A DNA stretch of 25,436 nucleotides. Origin: a virus (Duplodnaviria; Heunggongvirae; Uroviricota; Caudoviricetes). The stretch lies in IMG/VR virus record IMGVR_UViG_2850784384_000006; one strand, 5' to 3'. The notes under the pieces were generated by a model. It was not told the origin of the DNA, did not search any database, and worked only from the letters and a program-made list of their open reading frames with translations. Positions 18,843-25,436 of the stretch are shown here, piece by piece. The position numbers and the translations under genes were made by a program. Each line of letters begins with the position of its first letter. The first letter of the stretch is position 1.

Positions 18843-19616
18843 TCAGGCGAGATAAGAATGAGGGTTGGGAAAAACGATTTCTTTATAACAGCGACAATTC
18901 GGGAGCTCGCCAGCGTGACCGGTCATGCCATCAAGCGTTGGAGGTTTGCCCCATTCGACAAACTTACCTTCCATCTCCCGATGAGAATGCCGGACGTCGC
19001 CATCTTCGGCTGTACGCCAGATATAACCATTCGAGCCGATTGACAGCGCACGCGCCTGATCGAGCGCGCCGGTTGCACGTCCAAGCTCGGTACGGGCGAT
19101 AAGGTTCGCTCGTGAGCGTGACACGTCACCGGACGCTGCTATCTCTTTCGCGAATGGTTCAGCGCGGCCACCAGCCACAACGGCCTCGATGGCCTTGTTC
19201 TGAATGTCATACACCCGATCGGCGGCCTCAAGAGGCAGTGACTTGATATACTTAATTTGCTCGGCGACGATGGATTTCATCACCTGGCCTACCGGGGCGC
19301 GGTCGACCATGTTGCGCAGCTCTGCGCTGATGTTCCGGCTGTGCTGACGCCACTGCTTTTCATTCTGGCGTGCAATGTCGGCGGTAAAGTTCTCAGCAAC
19401 CTTCGTCGCCCAGGGGGTGATGATTTCGCTGTAGCGCTCCAGCGCATCCATTATTTCGGTAACGCTATCATTTGAACCATCGTAGCGCCCATTTACGATA
19501 TCCCCGACCGCCCGCGCTATCTGCCGTAGGCTCGTTCGATATCGGATCTCCGCCTGGCGGCTCTGGCGGTTTGTCGCCAAGTTCGCCGATGCCTGGCGGC
19601 GCTTCGTCTTCGGCAT
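18843..19616 (-). CDS. Head morphogenesis protein (phage Mu F-like / SPP1 gp7-like minor capsid protein)
   Basis: 257-aa ORF with conserved C-terminal region ...YIWRTAEDGDVRHSHREMEGKF...GELPNCRCY... typical of Mu F-like proteins. Start uncertain: the 5' 149 nt overlap the portal gene; an internal Met near 19451 would remove the overlap. Confidence 0.7.
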   Translation of the reverse strand: MPKTKRRQASANLATNRQSRQAEIRYRTSLRQIARAVGDIVNGRYDGSNDSVTEIMDALERYSEIITPWATKVAENFTADIARQNEKQWRQHSRNISAELRNMVDRAPVGQVMKSIVAEQIKYIKSLPLEAADRVYDIQNKAIEAVVAGGRAEPFAKEIAASGDVSRSRANLIARTELGRATGALDQARALSIGSNGYIWRTAEDGDVRHSHREMEGKFVEWGKPPTLDGMTGHAGELPNCRCYKEIVFPNPHSYLA

Positions 19617-20934
19617 TCTCGATATCCTCGTCGGTAATGGATGCCCCGATGCCGGTGACGTCAGAGTTTTCGCGCAGGTCGGTCATCGCCGCCTTACGCG
19701 TCATCAATCCGTCGCCCAGCGCGGTACTAATCGCGTTGGTGGTGTTTACGGCCACCGTTGATCGGTCAACGTCTGACATTTGCCATAGCGGGTTAAACTC
19801 AAACGTGAAATCGTCCGGCAGCGGCTTTCCGAGTTCCGAGCGGTGCATAATGTCCAGTATCCGGCGCATCGGCAGCCGTAAGCGGCGCTCCTGCAATGAG
19901 CTCACCCGGTCGTAATAGTTGGCGAGGTCTGCATCACCAGTAGAGAAGCCTTTCGGGGATTGACCGAACAACCGCACCAGCGGGATACCAACGGCACCGC
20001 TAATCTGCTCAGCAAACTGCGAAAGAATGTCATCCAGACCACTAAAGCTGTACTGGTGGGTTTCGAACTTATCCCGCGAGTCCATGAGCGTCATACCTTC
20101 ATTGCTCTGGAACTGGCGGATCAGGTCGATGTTCTTCAGCAACGCCTCGAACGCCGGGCCTCCAAGCGCGATAAGCTCGCGCAACTTCTCCACGCTATAG
20201 GTACGCAGATGTGCTTTGTAGACCAGCTGCGCCGCGCCGACAGTGGCGCTGTCGAACGCAGTAAGCCGATCCCAGATACGCTCTACAACCGACATTCCCC
20301 ATTCGTTTTCGGTCATCTTCTGCTGGAATGGCAGCGTCACCCCGTCGAAGCGAATCAGGCGGCTGTGATGGATGCGCCAGGCCGGGATGCCCGTTGCAGT
20401 GGTCACCACGTCGTAAAACTCAGGTTTGCCGAGATCTGGCCCCATCTCTTTAATGCGGCGGGTCAGGACCGGGTTAATCATCCAGCGGTCGAGCGGGAGA
20501 ATGCCCTTAAACTTGCCTTCTCCAATGGTTTCGAGCCGCAGCGGGGTCATTGGTGCCTGCCCCTCGATCATGATGAAGCCGACCGCGCCGCCGTAGAGGC
20601 GAGACCATTTCAGCACGTCGTTCAGCGCATCCCAGATTTGCAACTCATCCAGTTGTGATTCGAGAATGCCACGATCTTTTGCATCAATTTCCGAAGTGAT
20701 GCGAATGCCTTTGCGGGTCATATCATCCGGGATAGCATCGACCGCTTCGCCGATAATCCAGGACGAACGATAGGACCATTCCACCAGCATGCGGTTACGA
20801 CTGGTGAAATTAGCCCGGTAGGTGGATGCTGAGTGCTGGTTAGGTGTCTGCATCCCCACGCGGGCAACAAAGTTCTCATAGCCATCAGCGGTGGCCTGTG
20901 CCGTTCGCCGCGTGGCTTGTTTGTTTCGTGCCAT
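19468..20934 (-). CDS. Portal protein
   Basis: 488-aa ORF directly downstream of terminase large subunit (1-nt overlap at 20934), acidic C-terminus; position and resemblance to DUF1073-type portals. Confidence 0.7.
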   Translation of the reverse strand: MARNKQATRRTAQATADGYENFVARVGMQTPNQHSASTYRANFTSRNRMLVEWSYRSSWIIGEAVDAIPDDMTRKGIRITSEIDAKDRGILESQLDELQIWDALNDVLKWSRLYGGAVGFIMIEGQAPMTPLRLETIGEGKFKGILPLDRWMINPVLTRRIKEMGPDLGKPEFYDVVTTATGIPAWRIHHSRLIRFDGVTLPFQQKMTENEWGMSVVERIWDRLTAFDSATVGAAQLVYKAHLRTYSVEKLRELIALGGPAFEALLKNIDLIRQFQSNEGMTLMDSRDKFETHQYSFSGLDDILSQFAEQISGAVGIPLVRLFGQSPKGFSTGDADLANYYDRVSSLQERRLRLPMRRILDIMHRSELGKPLPDDFTFEFNPLWQMSDVDRSTVAVNTTNAISTALGDGLMTRKAAMTDLRENSDVTGIGASITDEDIENAEDEAPPGIGELGDKPPEPPGGDPISNEPTADSAGGRGYRKWALRWFK

Positions 20935-22556
20935 CAGGCCTGTCTCCCTAGCAGCTCCCAGATGTTCAGGGCTGAATTCATTGGCGCGTAGCTGATCATC
21001 ACCGAGTCGGCAAGGTTTGGCGACCGGGTTCCATCAGGCTGTTTATCAATAACGATTTTTCCCACACCATTAATGGAATAGGTCGGCTGCGAAAGCTCGA
21101 TGATGAGTTTATCTTTGAGTGCCATGCTACTGCTGATTGAGATGATTTCGTCCGGGTTGTAATCCATACCTTCAACCACGGCGCGCCAGGTATTCTGAAA
21201 AAGTTTACGTAACCGCCACCAGCTCTGGGCTTTGGCGTTAGCGAAGAAGTCCTTGTTCAGGCGGGCGGCCTGTCCGTTGTCACCGCGCACCGCTTCGTCG
21301 TCCGGATCAAATACCGCGCCACTACCTCGAAACGGTGTGGCGAGTATTGACGGTCGGCGCGCAGCGTTACGCAGTTCGTTGATAGCGCGTGCATCGCCGC
21401 GAACGCCAGCGCCCAACCCGTCCTCGTCAAAGCGAAACTCTTCGAGGTTGTCCTGTTCGCAAAAGCCGAAAACCTTCTCGACGGACTGATAAATGTCGCT
21501 GCCCACACCGGACCATTCCCGCACATTCTCCAGGAGGAAGCCATGACGGGTGGAAAAGGAATTTTTGTCCCTGCCTTCGTCGGCGACGTCCATCGCGCCC
21601 AGTCGCTTGCCTGTTGGCTGGATGCCCAGCTTGATATGCGCGTCGACAGCAGCCTGTACCCATTCGGATGGAATCAGGACGCCTTCCGCTGATGCACTGT
21701 AGTTCAGGTCAAGTTCCTGTGCCACCACCACCGGATTGTCGATTTTCTCGCATTCCCTGCGATACCACTCTTCATCCTTGCGAGGATCATCCCGCCAGTG
21801 GAATGTGAATACCGGTATCTTCCCGCCATGACGCTTCTGAGCGAACGGGTTCGCCATGCCGTTAACTGAACTCAGGTCAATACGGCAACGCGTCGTTTGT
21901 GACAACGCCGCATCAATCAGCAGAGGACGCTGAAGGAATGCAGACTCATCAACCAGATAAAGCGTGGTACGGTCACCACGGCCAATATTATCGCCAGCCT
22001 CACCTTTGATAACGGCACCAGTTTCAGGAAACTCAACGCGCATGTATGGTGCGTGCTTCTTTTCGTCCCACGAACCTCGAAACTCTACAGGTAGTGTTTC
22101 CACGAACTTGCGCGCCTTCCAGAACAATGCTTTCGGGTCACCGGTGCTGTCGACGTATTCCTCTTTACGGGAGCCGAAACCGATAACCATTTCTTTGTTG
22201 AAGAGACAAAGCGAGCATGCCAGCCCGATCGCGGTCCAACTGAGCCCCATTTCACGGGATTTTTCGGTAATACCATTCTCCCGATTACCCCAGCGTTCCA
22301 TAATCCAGTGGATCCACTCCTCCTGCTTAGGGAAGAGTAAAAACGGAATGGTCACCGGCAGGCCATAATCAATATTACGCGGGTCCGTTGTCATGCCCCA
22401 GTCGATGATGAACTGAGCCGGATTGGTTCGGTAAAACTGTTTTAGTGCAGGCAATATTTCAGGATTCTGGCGAATGCGCTGTAGGCGTTCCATCCACCAT
22501 TCAAAAACCATCTGGTAATCAGGATGTTTAAAATCGAAGGGGAATGGTAACGGCAT
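20934..22556 (-). CDS. Terminase large subunit
   Basis: 540-aa ORF downstream of the small subunit; ATPase-like N-terminal region and nuclease-like C-terminal acidic motifs; length and position typical. Confidence 0.8.
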   Translation of the reverse strand: MPLPFPFDFKHPDYQMVFEWWMERLQRIRQNPEILPALKQFYRTNPAQFIIDWGMTTDPRNIDYGLPVTIPFLLFPKQEEWIHWIMERWGNRENGITEKSREMGLSWTAIGLACSLCLFNKEMVIGFGSRKEEYVDSTGDPKALFWKARKFVETLPVEFRGSWDEKKHAPYMRVEFPETGAVIKGEAGDNIGRGDRTTLYLVDESAFLQRPLLIDAALSQTTRCRIDLSSVNGMANPFAQKRHGGKIPVFTFHWRDDPRKDEEWYRRECEKIDNPVVVAQELDLNYSASAEGVLIPSEWVQAAVDAHIKLGIQPTGKRLGAMDVADEGRDKNSFSTRHGFLLENVREWSGVGSDIYQSVEKVFGFCEQDNLEEFRFDEDGLGAGVRGDARAINELRNAARRPSILATPFRGSGAVFDPDDEAVRGDNGQAARLNKDFFANAKAQSWWRLRKLFQNTWRAVVEGMDYNPDEIISISSSMALKDKLIIELSQPTYSINGVGKIVIDKQPDGTRSPNLADSVMISYAPMNSALNIWELLGRQA

Positions 22557-22558
22557 AC

Positions 22559-23164
22559 TTAGCCCATCATTTTTCTATACGCCTCTGCAGCCTGCTCCGG
22601 CGTTAAGTTGGTAATTTCTGTTCTGACTGGTCCTCCGTCAGCACCAGTCACTTCATTTTTGACATTGTCTTTAAACGCCTGAACAGAAACATGACGCCCG
22701 AGCAACTCAAGGTTTTTAACCTTATCAGGCCATTTGATTTTCTTCAGGAGAGCAGCACTATCTGCTGATGCCATCTCGACGACATCCATTCCTGATAGCG
22801 TTGTACGCCACACCTTAGGCCAGTCTTTAATCTGCTTCAGTTCGCCATTGGCAAGCAGAATGTCAAGCACGTCCATCTGATCGATTTCAGTCAGCCGTCG
22901 CAATACATAGGCGGCGTCTATACCTACCTCTTCATTGCGTTCAGCCTTTAGCTCAGCAATGCGATCTGCTATGTCAGGTTTTGACAGGTTCTCGCTACCA
23001 GTGGCGCGAGCAGTTTTCTCGCTGTAACCCGCCCTGATAGCTGCCTGAGTGGCGTTTAAATCTTTTAAATATTCCCTGCAGAACAGTTCCTGCTTAGGTG
23101 TGAGCTGTTTCAAATCACACCTCCGAAACATTGCTCCAATTTCTATGATTAACGATGTCAGCAA
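22559..23164 (-). CDS. Terminase small subunit
   Basis: 201-aa ORF containing ...[32 protein letters not shown]..., the conserved HTH signature of Terminase_2-type small subunits. True start may be the Met 12 codons in. Confidence 0.75.
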   Translation of the reverse strand: MLTSLIIEIGAMFRRCDLKQLTPKQELFCREYLKDLNATQAAIRAGYSEKTARATGSENLSKPDIADRIAELKAERNEEVGIDAAYVLRRLTEIDQMDVLDILLANGELKQIKDWPKVWRTTLSGMDVVEMASADSAALLKKIKWPDKVKNLELLGRHVSVQAFKDNVKNEVTGADGGPVRTEITNLTPEQAAEAYRKMMG

Positions 23165-23430
23165 TCATGGTAGTGGATACGCCATATCTCTTTGCTAAAG
23201 ACCTAAGCCCATTACCTACACTCCCGCGCACATACTCGCGGCGAATGCAGATGACATCGCACTCTTTTAATTTCGCCATTCCGTTCTTTTCACCTGAACG
23301 GTCAGGGTATGAGTTTCTGCCTCGCCTTGACCTGTCACGATTATTGTCAGCGACAGTACCTATAATCAGATGGTCAGGATTCACGCATGATGGATTATCG
23401 CATTTATGCCTAACAACAAGGTCCTTGATG
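23115..23430 (-). pseudogene. HNH homing endonuclease gene, 5'-truncated by IS911-like insertion
   Basis: ORF contains HKCDNPSCVNPDHL (HNH His/Cys/Asn signature) followed by a basic AP2-like region; the first 8 codons of the track ORF 23115..23456, including its GTG start, are encoded by the IS end, so the native N-terminus is missing. Confidence 0.65.
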
Positions 23431-23502
23431 TGAAGTGGCACACTGAATTTGGCCACCTGAACAGAGGTGATATGCTCACCTCAGAACAACACAGGTGCTC
23501 CA

Positions 23503-24671
<1,169 letters not shown>

Positions 24672-24679
24672 CCACTTCA

Positions 24680-25436
24680 AATCCGAAGAAAATTGCCGGA
24701 CAAACCGCTCGCTGACATATCAACGAAAGAGGTGGCAGCAATGCTAAACACCTACGTAGCAGAAGGTAAAGCGGCTTCCGCAAAATTAATCAGGTCAACC
24801 CTTGTTGACGTTTTTCGTGAGGCAATAGCCGAGGGGCATGTAGCAACGAATCCGGTAACAGCAACCCGCACAGCAAAGTCAGAAGTAAGGCGCTCAAGGC
24901 TGACAGCTAATGAGTATGTCGCGATTTACCATGCAGCCGAACCTCTCCCAATCTGGCTGAGGCTAGCAATGGATTTGGCTGTCGTTACAGGGCAGAGAGT
25001 CGGCGATTTGTGCAGAATGAAATGGTCAGACATAAACGACAACCATCTTCACATTGAACAGAGCAAAACAGGGGCTAAGCTCGCCATTCCGCTGACGCTA
25101 ACGATTGACGCGCTCAATATCTCATTGGCTGATACACTACAGAAATGCAGGGAGGCCAGCAGCAGTGAAACTATAATCGCATCAAAGCATCACGATCCGC
25201 TTTCCCCGAAAACAGTATCGAAGTATTTTACAAAGGCGAGAAATGCATCAGGACTCTCATTTGATGGAGACCCGCCAACATTCCATGAACTGCGTAGCCT
25301 GTCGGCGAGGCTATACCGTAATCAGATTGGCGATAAGTTTGCTCAACGTCTTCTCGGACATAAATCAGATTCAATGGCGGCGCGGTATAGGGACAGCCGT
25401 GGACGGGAATGGGACAAAATTGAAATCGACAAATGA
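24680..25436 (+). pseudogene. int: Lambda-type tyrosine integrase, 5'-truncated by IS911-like element (C-terminal about 250 aa retained)
   Basis: Frame open from the IS boundary to TGA at 25434..25436; translation ...RLAMDLAVVTGQRVGDLCRMKWSDI...TFHELRSLSARLY...LLGHKSDSMAARYRDSRGREWDKIEIDK closely resembles the lambda Int catalytic domain (R, H-x-x-R, H, Y). No authentic start: the track ORF begins at a TTG 13 nt after the IS end. Confidence 0.85.

Noticed and set aside
23115-23456. Treating the 113-aa HNH ORF as intact
   Set aside because: Its first 8 codons, including the GTG start, are encoded by the IS left end, so the N-terminus is a fusion artefact.
24693-25436. Integrase as a complete gene starting at TTG 24693
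   Set aside because: The homology corresponds only to the C-terminal two thirds of lambda-type integrases and the frame is open right up to the IS boundary, so it is a 5'-truncated remnant.

Overview
The window reads as the late (morphogenesis) half of a defective, contractile-tailed, lambdoid-organised prophage from an Escherichia/Shigella-type genome, heavily remodelled by insertion sequences. All family names below come from reading the translated ORFs and recognising motifs from memory; no database search was run. Left to right: a partial IS1 (insA complete, element cut by the window edge); an AT-rich acyltransferase-3 family gene resembling O-antigen acetyltransferase Oac, 62 bp from the IS1 end; then, all on the minus strand, tail fibre assembly, tail fibre, baseplate (DUF2612-like, J-like, Gp138-like spike), a two-gene AT-rich moron cassette inserted between hub and spike genes, baseplate hub-like and small tail genes, a tail gene split by an IS911-like element with a 3-bp target duplication, tape measure with C-terminal lytic transglycosylase domain, tail chaperone with a -1 frameshift extension, tube, sheath, head-tail joining genes, major capsid, scaffold-like, Mu F-like head protein, portal, terminase large and small, and a 5'-truncated HNH endonuclease. 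A second near-identical IS911-like copy without target duplication sits at a deletion junction that fuses the HNH remnant to a 5'-truncated lambda-type integrase. No repressor, replication or lysis genes are present, so the prophage looks non-inducible but retains its lysogenic-conversion cargo. The best candidate for an undescribed function is the moron cassette at 5708..6600 (DUF4236-like membrane protein convergent with a signal-peptide protein).
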